Source: Aplysia californica (taxonomy: Eukaryota). From it: 64,000 bases of DNA. Every line of letters begins with the position of its first letter. Position 1 is the stretch's first letter. Positions 48,887 through 61,752 of this stretch are shown here, piece after piece. Both the position numbers and the translations under genes were made by a program. The notes beneath the pieces were generated by a model that was not told the DNA's origin, did not search any database, and was given only the letters and a program-made list of their open reading frames with translations. The stretch covers positions 1,032,505 to 1,096,504 of the forward strand of contig NW_004797350.1 of assembly GCF_000002075.1 (NCBI RefSeq), written 5' to 3'.

Positions 48887-49095
48887 TGAACAAAAAGAAG
48901 AAGAAGAAGAAAAGACAGCAAGAAAAGGCCACAAGTGGTACCAGCCAAATTACCAAGATGTCGAGAGGTTCTTCTTCGGTATCGTCCTCATCTCTCTCCA
49001 GCAAGAGCTCACAAGGAGCTCAAAATTTTGGCAGCGCAAACTCTGTCAAGAAGGCACAGTGTGACCTGTGCAAGTTGTCGTACACATCTCAAAAG
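48887..49095 (+). CDS. ZNF106: ZNF106-like first visible coding exon (ATG at 48958, or frame continuing from an upstream exon); first half of zinc finger 1 (CDLCKLSYTSQK)
   Basis: Resembles the recalled ZNF106 N-terminus CILCHIVYSSKKEMDEHMRSMLHH. GC donor at 49096. Confidence 0.8.
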
Positions 49096-50211
49096 GCATG
49101 TGGTGTTTCAATGTTGGTTATTAATGATGTTGTGAAAATCTTCTCATAATCCATGCTGTTTCAGATGAGATCTGTGAGGATGGGTATCAATACAAAAGTG
49201 TTAATGAGCTCTTGAATGGGGCAGAAATGATATCCAAAGTCCTTTCATAAGTCCAGTGCATTCTTAAGACACTTAGAATCTCTGAGGAAAATACCTCTTA
49301 GGAAAACGATTTGGTAATTTATTTCGAGGTGAGGCTGACATTTTTTCCATTATTCTGGAAGTAATATTGTCAATATGCAGTGCATAACCGATAATACCGC
49401 AAAGGTTCTAATATAAATGAAAAGCTTTTAATGTACCCAATGTCTAAAATGTAACTTTTTATAATCTATGTTGGACGTTTAGTTAATATAGATCACATTT
49501 TGAAACTTCCTCAAGGCACAAGGCACTTATGATCTACAGACTTATCTTTGTTTTTATGGGGAAACTTCTGATGTACTTTTTGGGCCTTATTACGTTAGAT
49601 CCATTCATGTGGGGCTTCTTTTAGATATATGCTGTTCTGAAGTCACTGTAAATGCAGCATGTCTCAGTAACCTCAGAGCTATGGCATCTGAAGAGTTGTC
49701 CTCAAGCATGGTCGGACTGAGCCAGACAAACAAAATAGTCGGTAAAGGGTTTTTCAGTCAAAACTCGCTGTTGAAGATCCTGTGGTGTGTATAAAAACCC
49801 AAACCAAAAACAATTCGAAATCAAAGATGCCAACAAAGGAAAGTAACACTACTGTGCCCTTCAGTTGTGAAATCCTTTAAAAAATGGGAGCAATAAGGTT
49901 TGCTCAGCAGCTGAGAAATCTGTTGGAAGGTCTTGAAATGTACGAGTACTGAATCAGTTTGTTAACTCTTCTACGCATGGTGATGACAGTCTAATAGAAT
50001 GATTTAGACATGAAAATTCAGTCAGTACAAAAATGTATTTTGGTCTTTTTTACGTCTAATTTCATAACCATTCATGTCCTGTAACAGTCTAACATAGTGT
50101 AGAGTGATCTCTATTTTATTTGCACTATGGAGAGATGGTGCTGTCTGTCTCTTATGATTGTTATGATCATGATATTGTATTTGACACACACATTGCTTTA
50201 TGTTTTTTCAG

Positions 50212-50270
50212 GAACTAACAGAACACTTGGTGTCACTGATGCATCATACAAAACTGGAGGATAAAGAAGA
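50212..50270 (+). CDS. ZNF106: ZNF106-like exon (ELTEHLVSLMHHTKLEDKE)
   Basis: Completes C-x2-C-x12-H-x5-H finger 1. Confidence 0.85.
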
Positions 50271-50897
50271 GTAAGATATTGCAGTAATGCTACCTGCTTA
50301 CATTAAAGAATGTTTCTATCTGATTTTCTAGTTTTGTAGAAGTTTGGCTTTTAGTGCGAGTGTTTAAGTTGGCATGAGTATGCACACTAGCAGCGGGTAG
50401 TAGCTATATTGTTTGGGCTTCTAATGAATTTGTTTTCTGTAGTCTTCTTCAATTCAATGTTGGCCACACAGAAAGTTTTGTGTGGACAGCTGCTTACGAA
50501 AGTTGGAAATTAAAAGTGTTTACTCTCTTGGTGAATTAACCCCTTCATTGCTAAGACTTTTCCCATTTAAGTTTGTACAGAAAAGATGAAATGTCTGTTC
50601 AAGAGAGCTATAAACAAAGCCATATTTATATTTCTGTTTTACTGGGAGTAAGCTACTTCACAAGCTGCAGTTCAATGTTGTAAAACTTCCTCTGTAAACA
50701 AGAAGAAGAAAATACAAGTGTACCAGTTTTGGAGAGTACATGCATAAGTAAGTACATACGTCAGCACAGCAGTGAAGAGGTTGGAAGTTCTCCGCAGAGT
50801 CTGATCTTTTTTCCCAACCAATCATGTAGGCTCAAAACAAAAGATTATCAGAAGTAACTGTCCCTCTAAGAATGATTGTTTTAACATTTTGTTTCAG

Positions 50898-51044
50898 AAA
50901 TGCGGTTCACAAGTGTGAGCTGTGTGGTGTGACGTGCCCGACCATGTCTGTCTACCGGGCTCACATCTCGGGGGACAAGCATCAGAAGAACTTGGCCTTT
51001 CATCGTGGAGAGCACAAGAACTTGGCCTCACAGCGCGGAAGGGG
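50898..51044 (+). CDS. ZNF106: ZNF106-like exon, zinc finger 2 (HKCELCGVTCPTMSVYRAHISGDKHQKN)
   Basis: Matches recalled ZNF106 [28 protein letters not shown]; phase 2-2. Confidence 0.88.
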
Positions 51045-52289
51045 GTAAGTGCACCCTGCTTGAGGTATTTTGTTTTTGTAGTTACAGTTGAAATTGTTTT
51101 AGGACTCTAATTGATGACGGGAAAAGAGGCTGTTTTTAGATGGCAGAACTGATCCACATGAAAAAAACCCAACTATTCCCTTCCGAGTTCCCTGCTAGAG
51201 GTTGTCGTATGCACAGGACTGCCGTAAAGCCCATTAAAATGTTATCAACTGGTCAACTTGGGTAACCAGTGGCAAGGACCAGAAACTAGCCGTCGCAATG
51301 TGCTGATTAGTGACACGACAAGCAACAATAACACCAAGTGAATGGATTATGATGGTGTGTCCACAGCGTTGGCAGCAGATAAATAATTTTAGCAACCCGT
51401 TGGGCAATGATAGATTCTGAATAGATTTTTGAGGATTTTGGTTTATAGATTAAAGAGGCTGTTGGACAGGTTATTGTTTTAGTCAGTGCATTTATATTTT
51501 AAAAATGTGCGACGGGGGAGGAGAAAGTGTCTGTTTGTACCGGTAGTTGTTTGTCTTGTGCAAGTGGCAATATGAGTAGGTTTAACTAGGTGTCATTGCT
51601 TTTNNNNNNNNNNNNNNNNNNNNNNNNNNNNNNNNNNNNNNNNNNNNNNNNNNNNNNNNNNNNNNNNNNNNNNNNNNNNNNNNNNNNNNNNNNNNNNNNN
51701 NNNNNNNNNNNNNNNNNNNNNNNNNNNNNNNNNNNNNNNNNNNNNNNNNNNNNNNNNNNNNNNNNNNNNNNNNNNNNNNNTTTGTAAACAATATCCTTCA
51801 GGTATTAATCTGACAGTCTGTTATATTTTCCTCCACATCTTCCTTCCTCCCCCAACAACAGAAAATAACTTATTAATATCTTTTCCCACTACGCCATAGC
51901 TTTGAGTGAAAAACAGGCCAAGCATCTTCTGGACTGATAACAATGCTTTGTATTTTTTATGTACTTGTGCCGCAGCTTTTAAGTGGATGGTCACTGGGGT
52001 GTGTCCTTGAACAAGACATGATGACCATAGCTAAACCCCGCACCCCTGGGGCATTCCGTTGTAGCGACCTGGAGTGGTGTGTTTGTTTAATTTTTTGTGT
52101 TTGTATTAATGTGTGTGTTATGTGAAGTTGTTGCAACTTTTTATTTAGATTTTTTAAAAGTGTATGATTGTTTATGCCATTATTGGCGAAGTGTCTCCAG
52201 GAGGAATGTAAAATATATAAAGGTGTTTTTTTTTGTTTTGTTTATATTGTTGTGTTCAAATAACACTACCTACATTTTTCCTCTTTCAG

Positions 52290-53918
52290 GAGAGACAAGA
52301 AGAGCAACTGGAACCCACCTCAGTGGAAGAAGAATAAGAATGCCAGAGTCTGTGGTTTTGGATATAAGGACGTGGAGGATGAGATGTCAGATAACTACTA
52401 TCCCTGGAACGGTGAACCGAGAAACAAGTGGGGTTATTCTCAGGGCTGGAATAACAAAGGACAGGGCACCCCATTCCATCTAAGAGGCCAGGGTCGTCCA
52501 GAATCTGGACTACTACAATATGGCAACCAGAGGTTTTATGGCAACAAGACGTGGCATGCAGCAGGTCATGCCCCCGATGTGGACAGATTTGGCAGAGGCT
52601 CAGCAGGAGGTCAAGGTCAGGGGTTGTTGGGGCCTGCCTGGGGCAGTGGTGCTAAGTTGGATCATAACTGGAACCTGACCTCTTCAGGTCCAAATCAGCC
52701 TTTTAATTTTCCGTTCTATCAGAGAAAGGATTCCAATGGGTCCAAAGATGCAGCAAACAGAGAGGCGGACTCGAACATTAATTTTACAACTGATCAATAT
52801 GAGGGGCACTGGGATGAACAGTCGCTGCTTATGCAAGAGAATTTTTTGGCTGGAATGGAGCAGGATGGTGGGTCCAATGACGATGGGTCATATTTTACAG
52901 AGACAGACTCGAGAACACATAGTACGGGCTCTGGCTGGAAGGAGGTTTCAAATTCCCAGGGTTATGCACCGTCCCGTCCTCAACAGTCTTCATTGGGGCC
53001 CAGGTTTCAAGCTGAAAAGCCTTATAGATCACGGTGGGATCAGACGGAAAAGCCGGAGAAACCTGCTCATGTTAATGGCCACCATCAAGTGTCTCAGTGG
53101 GACAGAAAAAGACCTCGGAATGAAGAGGATGTTCAGGAGTCTCTACCCAAAGCTTCAAGGTCTTTAGAGTCAGATTCTAATGATTATACTCCCGTCAGAG
53201 ATACTTCTTCCAAGTCGAATCCTCCGGTTAAGAACATCCAGACTCTGGTCACACAAAGAAATGAAAGTGCACCAAAAGCAAGGGACAAGCCGACCTCGTC
53301 GCCGAGGCTTAGACTAACAGAAGCCAGCGATAATATTCTAGAGCGGGCAGAGCGCCTGTGTGTTGAGCTTAGGAAAAAGCGGGAAGCAGCGCAGGCCCAG
53401 CGGAGTTCGGCTGTGAAGCATCACAATGAAGAGTTGTTAAGTCAAAAAATGAGTGCTCTTATCCGTAAGCAGCAGTCGTACGTGAAAGGGCATATTCAGG
53501 AGGGGCAGAAAGTTCGGGAGGAAAACGACGACTCTGGTGTGAGCTCTGCCTCCACTTTACCCTCGAAACAAAGCCATCATTCCACATTGTCAGAACATTC
53601 TTCAAAACTCTCTTCATCGTCGTCGTCAAAGGGACCAGTGAATAATTACTCCAGAGCAAAAGGGAATACCCTGGATGACATCATGAAATCCATTGAGAAG
53701 AATGTGTTGGAGGAGAAGCAAGCGTCAAACTCAAAGGCCAAGGCCGGTGTGGTGCGGAGAGGGTCGGCAGAGAGTCCCAGTGCAAGAGGGTCGGTCGAGA
53801 GTCCCAGTGCGAGGCTCAGCGACAGTAGAGAGTCGTCGGGCTTCTCCGCATCACGGTCCAGCTCTGTCAATCTGACGAAAGACAATCTGAAGAATATGGT
53901 GAATGCCCCAAGGTCAAG
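52290..53918 (+). CDS. ZNF106: ZNF106-like large low-complexity exon (G/W/N-rich, then S-rich)
   Basis: 1629-nt open exon; phases match its neighbours. Confidence 0.88.
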
Positions 53919-55072
53919 GTAAGATATTTGTAATGTATTCCTTGCAGCAGAAAAAAAACCATGTGTTTCCACCTAGAACACCAAAGATGTTGCATTAAAC
54001 GTTGGATTTCCACTGAGTGAGTGTAGTATAAAGTATAAAGTGAGAAACTTTCTGAAAGAATGAGTCATTTGCAAACATTTCACATTTAAGTGCACATCTA
54101 CAGTTTTGTTCTTTGGCTGTCTTTTCTGTTAATTTAGCTTGGGGATCATCAAAACTTTCCAAAGTGGGCCGGGTGACTTGAAAAATGCTTCGTGGGGGCC
54201 GGATAACTATTTTGTTCATTACAAACCACTGATGTGACTTGAAAATCGGTCGCATTAAGACCAAGCAGGAGTGACACATTAGATTGTAGTTATAAAGTCT
54301 ATAAAAGCATGTTTATTATGCCCAGTAGAGTTCAGTGAAATGATTAAAGTGTTTTTGTGACCAAATCTTGAGCATGCTACAAAACATCTCTTAAGGTTTT
54401 TTTTCCTCACATGGAGGGAGGCCAGATAAACTGACCTTGTTGACCATGGTCTTGGTGTTAAATTGACATTTTGATTTTGCAGAGTTTACTTGTTTTTTTC
54501 ATGAAGGTGAAAGATTCTGAGGAATGTTCAATTGATAAGCTATTAACCATTGTGGACCAGAACAACACTATCCTGTATTCTCCCCCATGCATGATTTTTT
54601 TTTTCAGAGGGCTATCGTTATAAATTTCATGCAGAAAACTGACTAGCTCTTTTCTTAAAACTTGTTTTTCTCAGTTTTTTTGTTGTGTGACATGTCTCTC
54701 TTTCCCATTTTGGCTTTATGTATGGTTATGCTGTTTCATGATATAGTTATTGTTTCATTTTTATTTTGTCTTTCATTATGAAGTTGGTGTTTTGTTATTA
54801 GCTGTGTACATTGTTTTGATATAAGCTGTGTATAAATACGCAATAAGTTGCAAGGGGCATTACAAGAAGTTTCGGTGCTTTAATCAGCTAATTAATTGAT
54901 CTCTTGATAAGCGATTATTTAATTTCAGTTAATAGACAGATTATGCAGTTTATTTTACCTTGGTCAATAGATGGTTTAAAAATATCTTTTATCTATGGTC
55001 GTTGAATGTCTTATTTGTTTGTCCATTAATCCACGTTGATGGGATTTGTTTATTGGATTTCTTTTCTCACAG

Positions 55073-56520
55073 AAATGAACGTGTCCAGCTGGCGAAAATC
55101 CTCCAGTCTCGTGAGGAGCCGCGAGCAGCACTCAGGACCAGCCTTCAGCTGGAAGGCCTGTACGACAATGTGGACATGGAGTCGGTCAGTGTGAACCTGG
55201 ACAAGGACGGTCGCGCGACCAACATCAAACTGGAAGACCTGTCCCAGCATGTCAGGGATCAGATTCTGACTCTGATTGGGGGAGACTTGGGGATCGGCGC
55301 TAACTCGAGTCTGTCGCTGTCTGGGATCAGCCAAAACATCATCAACATCTCAGACGATGAAGAGACAAACGATAGCTCTCATAATGGCAGAAATTTCAAG
55401 CCTGGCGGGAAACCAAATGTCAAGAATAAGGCGTTGTTGGACAAAACTAATGTGAAGAAAAAGAAGAAGAAAAGAGATAAAGTTCCGGATACCACTGTGG
55501 ATGATGAGAGTTTAGGGTCCCACGACGTAGTGTCTCTTGGGAACGAAGTGGACAGTTTGTCTTCCTCGACAGGTGCGAGTCGCCCAACTCCAGGATATGC
55601 CAGATTCAGAAGTGTGTCGGAGAGCAATGGGCCGGTCCGGGCAGAAAGAGAGATAGAAGTACACACAAGCTTCCCTTCCTCCACCAATATTGAGCTTCAG
55701 CGAAAGAACAGCAGTGGGGTAGGCAGGAGTCCACTAGTTGAAAAGAATCGCAAATCAACTAATTATTTGGCATCATCACCAGATCTCAGTAAGACATCAA
55801 GTGACACGACTTCAAGAACTTTAGGTGATATGTCTTCACAGCATGACAGATATCAGACATCTAATGGGGTGGTTTCATCAATTCATACAAAAATGTCACC
55901 TAATTCTTTACAGAGAACCCCAAGCCAAACATCTTTGACAATTGACACTGTCAAGCAAAAATTTCCAACAATCTTAGATTTTCCTCGGACTGAGAGAGTG
56001 CCTATCTCAAATATGCCTGAAATTTCTTCACCAAGTGTTGTTACTCTGCCAACCAATTCAATACCTTACTCCACAAATACACATGTTGGTTCCTCGCCTT
56101 CATCCACTGAGCTGTCTGCCAGCGGCCCAGTGTCACGGTCCAAGTCCCCTGCACCATTGACCACGCTTCGGTCATCATCACCATCTCTCTTGTCTCCTTC
56201 GGCAAATCCCCGCGGAAGTCGAGTGAGTGAATGTGGCCCAGTCTCACAATCCAAGTCCCCTCCACCATTTCGATCATCATCACCGTCTCTCACGTCTCCT
56301 ATGGCTACAAATGCCACCATAAGCCGAGGGAGCGGGCTTCCCTCCTTACCCCTGTCCTTGTCTAGCCTCGGGAGTATCGGATGTGAGACAGCAGAAGTTG
56401 CAGCACGATCAACACCGGTGCCTTCTGAGTTGTTGGCAGAGGGTGAAGCCACAGGTCGCACTGACAATGAGGTGGAGGTCCAGCCGGATGCCATGAGCGT
56501 TTCTGAGTCGGTGCACAGTG
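55073..56520 (+). CDS. ZNF106: ZNF106-like large Ser/Pro-rich exon with a basic KKKKKKR patch
   Basis: 1448-nt open exon, phase 2-1. Confidence 0.88.
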
Positions 56521-57119
56521 GTGAGTGAAAGTGCCTTGCATGTAATTCATATAATTCCTTCATCCCTCTTTACCTTACATTCTTGTCTCTTATGCTCATT
56601 ATCATTAAGAGCGTGTTGTTTTTATTTGTGAGCCAGATAGCCTTACTTTTGGCATCCATTTGCTGCCAAAAAGTTGGAAATCATTGTGTAAAATTTTTAT
56701 GTGAATGCATTTGACATGTTTTGATTGCAAAGGTCCATTCTGGTTCTGTCAGTCATTTTGCTTAGCATCCGCGCCATCGGACACACAAGGAGGATTTATG
56801 AGAAAGAATAAGGTTTGAGTGACGGAGATAGGGTGAGAGAGAGAGAGATATATATATATAGAGAGAGAGATTGGGGGTAGGGGATTGCTTGTGGTTGTAT
56901 TTTTTTGCAGTATGTTTTACTAAATGCTCAGGTTTTGATTTTATTTACAAATAACATGCAACAGTTAAAGGAACGTTGGAATGGTCACTATACGAATTAA
57001 CTTTTCTGTAATATTTATTATTACTGTAACTATATTTTCTTTTTTAAAATCTTATTTTCTTAATAATTTTCACCGAGGATTGCGACATTTCTCTGAATCT
57101 TCTCATTACTTCCCGTCAG

Positions 57120-57277
57120 ATCCGTCTGCTGCGATGGCGGAGCTTCTGCTGTTGTCGGAGCGGGAGGAACACGTCAAGCAGGAGATGACCAACATGGAGC
57201 TGAGGCTGACCCGACTGCACCGACTGCTGGAACAGGCAGTCACACAGATCAATAAATGCACAGAGAGACGCAACCAG
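57120..57277 (+). CDS. ZNF106: ZNF106-like coiled-coil exon (AMAELLLLSEREEHVKQEMTNMELRL...)
   Basis: Resembles the ZNF106 central LL..S.REE coiled coil; phase 1-0. Confidence 0.85.
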
Positions 57278-57641
57278 GTGAGAATAACACACACTTTTCT
57301 GTTTTGATTTCCTTATTCAGTCATTGTTGGGTGAGCTAATGTTGTGCCTCATGATGTAAGGTGAAGCTTTAATGTGATGGCAGTGGTAGAAAAGTCCTTT
57401 AATTGAAGCTCAAATGGCCATAATCTATGTTTTTGCTGCCAAGCACATGTATCAGTCCATAGTGAAAAGAGCAGACCAATAGAATTTTATGCGTGTGAAA
57501 TGAAAGGTAAATAGAATTAACAATGGAAATGAAAGTTGAAAAGTATATTTGTTTTTGGAGACCCGGTACAAATTGAACTGGTACTGTCTTGTTTTGTTGA
57601 CTGATTTCAAATTTTCTAGCAATTGCATGATTTATTTTCAG

Positions 57642-57693
57642 CTACTTGAGGAAGAGCAAGACCTTTCCAAGAAGAGACTGACGTTACTTAGAG
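57642..57693 (+). CDS. ZNF106: ZNF106-like small exon (LLEEEQDLSKKRLTLLR)
   Basis: AG/GT bounded, phase 0-1, continues the coiled coil. Confidence 0.82.
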
Positions 57694-58219
57694 GTAAAGA
57701 AAGATTTTCATAACAGAGATGGCAAATACATAAAAGGGGGGTGCATGCTGCAGGTAGTTCCTAAGTGACTTTTCACTCCCGAAACTTGACCATGGCTTTA
57801 TCTTTTTCGGGGTGAAAAGCACCATTTGTATTACTTACATCATGTGTTTTGTCTTTGTACTGTATGCATTAAATTATCCTGTACTGTTGGTATGGAAGGT
57901 ATAGTGATTGCTGCCAAAAAAACCTGGTCATCTATAGATTTTAAAAAGCAGGTTCTAGGGTGGATTTGGTATTAGGCAAATTTTAAATGGTGTGTTTTAT
58001 TGAATTTCCTAACGTTATAATTAATTGTAAAGAGGGGGCCCTGAAGAGGGCCTCTTTGCATGACAATAAGCAAAACCTTTTGCCCTCAACTCAAACTGGG
58101 CTCCTAAGCAGACTTCTGTTTTTAGAACTGGCTCTTAAACATACAAATTATAGACAATAATAAATTCCATTACATAATGAAAGTGGGTTATCAGGCACAC
58201 CGGGTTCTTAGGTGGAAAC

Positions 58220-59518
58220 TGGAAAGAAAGCAGAATGAAGCAGCAAGAATCATCACGAGCTGCTCAAAGGATACTCGTGTGGACAACCTCCTCATTGAAG
58301 CAGACATTAGAGCTGATGCCTTGACTGCCATGTCATTCGAGAAGTCCATGCGTCTACCTGCAACGAACCAACGCAGAGCCTCCACAACAAAATCAGTGCC
58401 CACGCGGACAGGCAAGTCGAACTGGAGAAAGCATGTCCAGAACCTCGTAGCTGAAACTGAACTGGATACGTACCCACGTGAGAAGCTGGTTGTTTTACCC
58501 CCCACACAACCGTGGAAGGCTGCACCATACAACGTGACTTTTAGCACCGATCTTGTCGTCGACTGCAAGTGTGCTAATGAACCAGCTGTCTGGAAAGCAG
58601 CAGCAGAGGCTACAATTCGATCGCTACCCCTGCCCAATGTAGAAGTCTGGACTGACGGTTCAGCTAAGCAGGGTACTGAGTATGGAGGAAGTGGAATACT
58701 GATCAAGACCGGTGATACCGAACTCGACCAACGTGTACCTGCGGGCCGGTATTGTTCCAGCTACAGGGCCGAGCTTGTAGCTCTCGACACAGCGCTTGAT
58801 ATGCTTGTGGCACTACATACAGCAGGCAGCTTTCCGAACAGTGCACGCATCCATGTATACACTGATTCTAGGTCAGCAGTCATGCGCCTCTCATACGGCC
58901 CTACCAACCAATCGGAAAAGGTGGCCTGCTCAATCTGGCAACATCTTCACACCCTCTGTCAACGCTCTGAATGTTCCATCCACTTACTGTGGATTCCAGG
59001 CCACGCTGGACTGGCTGGGAACGAGGAAGTTGACAGTATCGCCAAAAAAGCAACAGCGCTTACGCAGATTGACACGCCAATCGATTTCTCGACAGCTAAA
59101 GCCGTCATCCACCAATCGACTCGTGCAAAGTGGAAGAGAGAGGCGAAACCCAAACTGCTGTTTGCCCAGCCGCCGTCATACCAGCTTGAGGCCTCGCTCA
59201 GACGACAGGACAGCCGGCTTCTCTCCCAAATGAGAACTGGTGGAAAATCGCCCAAGCTGAGATCATATCTCCACAATATTGCGCCAGCGGACAACCCAGA
59301 TCCGTCCTGTCGAGCCTGCAAGGAGGAGGACGAAACTATGGACCATGTATTCCTGAGATGTCCCGCCAGCTATCGTGCTAGAACCCATCTGCTGGGACAT
59401 TTCAGTAACCCACTTTCAGCACTTTTTAAGGACCCCCGGGCGAGTGTTGAGTTCCTGCGTGCTGTCGGCATCGCTGACCGTTTATGAAGCCACAGCGCCA
59501 GAAGAGAGAGAGAGAGAG
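58220..59518 (+). mobile_element. 5'-truncated non-LTR retrotransposon (I-group, Ingi-like) with intact RNase H and C-terminal CCHC
   Basis: VWTDGS, SYRAEL, YTDSRS, WIPGHAGLAGNEEVD, CRAC...HVFLRC; (GA)n tail; 10-bp TSD aggtggaaac at 58210-58219 and 59519-59528. Confidence 0.93.
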
Positions 59519-59613
59519 AGGTGGAAACCACTTTATGAGAGAATGTATACTGAACAGACCTCTACTTTTGCCTTCTCACTAGTACACTTCTATCAAGGGG
59601 TGCTTGTTGTACG

Positions 59614-59780
59614 CAAAGCCTGGACAGCCCTTCATATACCATTTGTTATTAAGAAAAGGTTCATGTTTTTTTTATGGGTCTAAAAAATTTTCTTTAAAAG
59701 CTTGGACAGCCCTTCAATTACAATTTGTTATTAAGAAAAGTTTCGAGTTTTCTTTATAGGTGTAAAAATATTTCTTTACT
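59614..59780 (+). repeat. ~83-bp tandem duplication just upstream of an exon acceptor
   Basis: aaagc(c/t)tggacagcccttca...atttgttattaagaaaag occurs twice. Confidence 0.8.
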
Positions 59781-59815
59781 TTTGTGCTATGCCTTTGGTT
59801 TTTCTTTCTTTGTAG

Positions 59816-60459
59816 ATGCAACATCGTCCAAGCAAAGCATGAGGTCTAGTGTGTCTGATCTACATAACTCAAGTCTGCTCTCTGAAGTGAGCCAACAAGA
59901 TTCTCAGGGACCACAATCTTCCAGGTCGACCACCACGAGTGTGATAACTGCCCCTACGACTTCTGTTGTCAGCACAAGCACGGCTACTACTCAGGGCTCA
60001 ACCCAGGTGGCTCCTGGTTCCGCTTCCTCTGACGAACCCTACATTCCAGGCACTGCTCTGTCTAAAGCTGATTGGCTAGCAAAATTCTCCTCCTACCTAC
60101 CTCCAGATATGGTGTCAGGCAGCCAGAGTAAAAAAACTCAGGAAAAAGACTCGTCGTCGTTGAGTAAGCAAACTTTTCGTTCACCTTTGACATCACCAAG
60201 AGTTTCCATCTCAGAGCCCCAGGTGGAAGACGTTGTTATGGCCGACAGAAGTGATCGGGACCAAGAAAAAACAGCAGGTACTGGGGTCGCTGTTGGGGCT
60301 TCAGTGCCTTCGAGTTGTGCCACTCCGTCCAACGTTGTACCTCAAAGTAGTTTTTGCCATCTTGCTGAGCCTGCTGTGGCCGTCTCTCTCCCGTCCTCAA
60401 CTCCGCTCATGGCTGGATTGCCAGTGATGTATGTCGGCAGCTTCAAGAATCCTAACGTG
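59816..60459 (+). CDS. ZNF106: ZNF106-like S/T-rich exon
   Basis: Open frame, phase 1-0, GTAAGT donor. Confidence 0.82.
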
Positions 60460-61344
60460 GTAAGTGCTCGTGAGTTAGACATGCTTATGCTTGAGGCTTC
60501 TCCATTTCCCGTGAGATATTGAAATTAAAAAAGCAATATGGAAGAAAGTTACTCAGCAGTTTTTTTTATAAGGAGAGCCTGATGCGTATCTGCAAAGGAA
60601 CATGAGACTGATTTTTTTTCCCTCTAACGAAAAATAATGAATTCATCACATATTGTGTCTCTTCGTTGAAGGGATTGCAATTTCATGATTGAAAAGACCG
60701 TATAAAATTACAAGGAAAAAATCTTTTAGGTTTACTTAGAGTAAAATTGCTCATGCTTAAACTTGTGTACTTTCTCTATGGAAGACTCGCAAGACTTCAC
60801 AATTGCTCTCTTGTTCAATCTGTGTATTTTACGGCCGGTGTCTCATGGGGAGGGGGGGGGGGGTACATTTATAGCAGTCTGTGAGCAGTTGAGTGCTATC
60901 ATTATTATTTGACATTTCTCTTGAGTGTTAAGTACCCTTTTTCAGCTGGGCAGATTCTAAAAAATAAAGTACCTCACCAAATGATAGGACACCTTACCCA
61001 CAACTAAGAATTCAGACCATGTGGGTCTGAGGGATTAGAACCATGGAGAGCTTTATTGAAAGGATACCAGAGACATCGCATGCTTACAGAAATCGTCAGA
61101 CAGATTGGTTGTTATGAGTGGGTTATGATTGATTGTCCAATAGAAATAAGTTGTTGTTACATGAATTCAATAAGCAGTATTAATTTGCTGGTGGTATGAC
61201 TGGAAAAGGAAGTGACCGTTTATTGCTACAAATAACTCATTGTCATTGGGGACTTGTGTAGAAGTGGGGGGCATTCCAGTAAATTTCCCCTTGGGGGTAA
61301 AGTGTACACCTCATTAGGTTTTTGTTTGTTTTTCTTCTGGTCAG

Positions 61345-61477
61345 ATGCGGCTGAGCTCGGTGAGTGCTTTGTGTAGGTCGCTGTCTGAGCCTCCTCAAGG
61401 GGGAGAGAAGGATGTGAACCCAAGTGACCCACACACAGAAAGCAGTCAAGAGCCCAGTAGGGAACGACATAATACAG
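61345..61477 (+). CDS. ZNF106: ZNF106-like exon (MRLSSVSALCRSLSEPPQGG...)
   Basis: Phase 0-1, bridging the flanking exons. Confidence 0.7.
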
Positions 61478-61752
61478 GTACTGCACATAATGTTAAATAG
61501 AAGATTGTTTTCATTTGCATTGTGTATAATTGCATGTGTAGAAAAGCAAGTTTTACAACTGCATTGTCTTTAAAGATGCAAGAAGTTGTAAGAGATAAAT
61601 TAAAGGTTGCATACTTGGAAATGATTCCTTGGTAAGGTTGTGTGAAAACAGTTGTGATTTTTAAATTTGGTCTCTTTGAAATTTGTCAACAAATTGTCAA
61701 TGTGTCAGATTCTTTGTCAGAAGACTCTCAAGGTTTTTTAAAATCAAATCTA

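Noticed and set aside
11853-51780. ORFs spanning N runs (gaps at 11853-11952, 15895-15994, 30866-31031, 40086-40249, 51604-51780)
   Set aside because: Artefacts of assembly gaps.
52736-59321. Overlapping alternative-frame and antisense ORFs in the ORF track
   Set aside because: They are shadows of the ZNF106 exons and the LINE ORF, with no independent signal.
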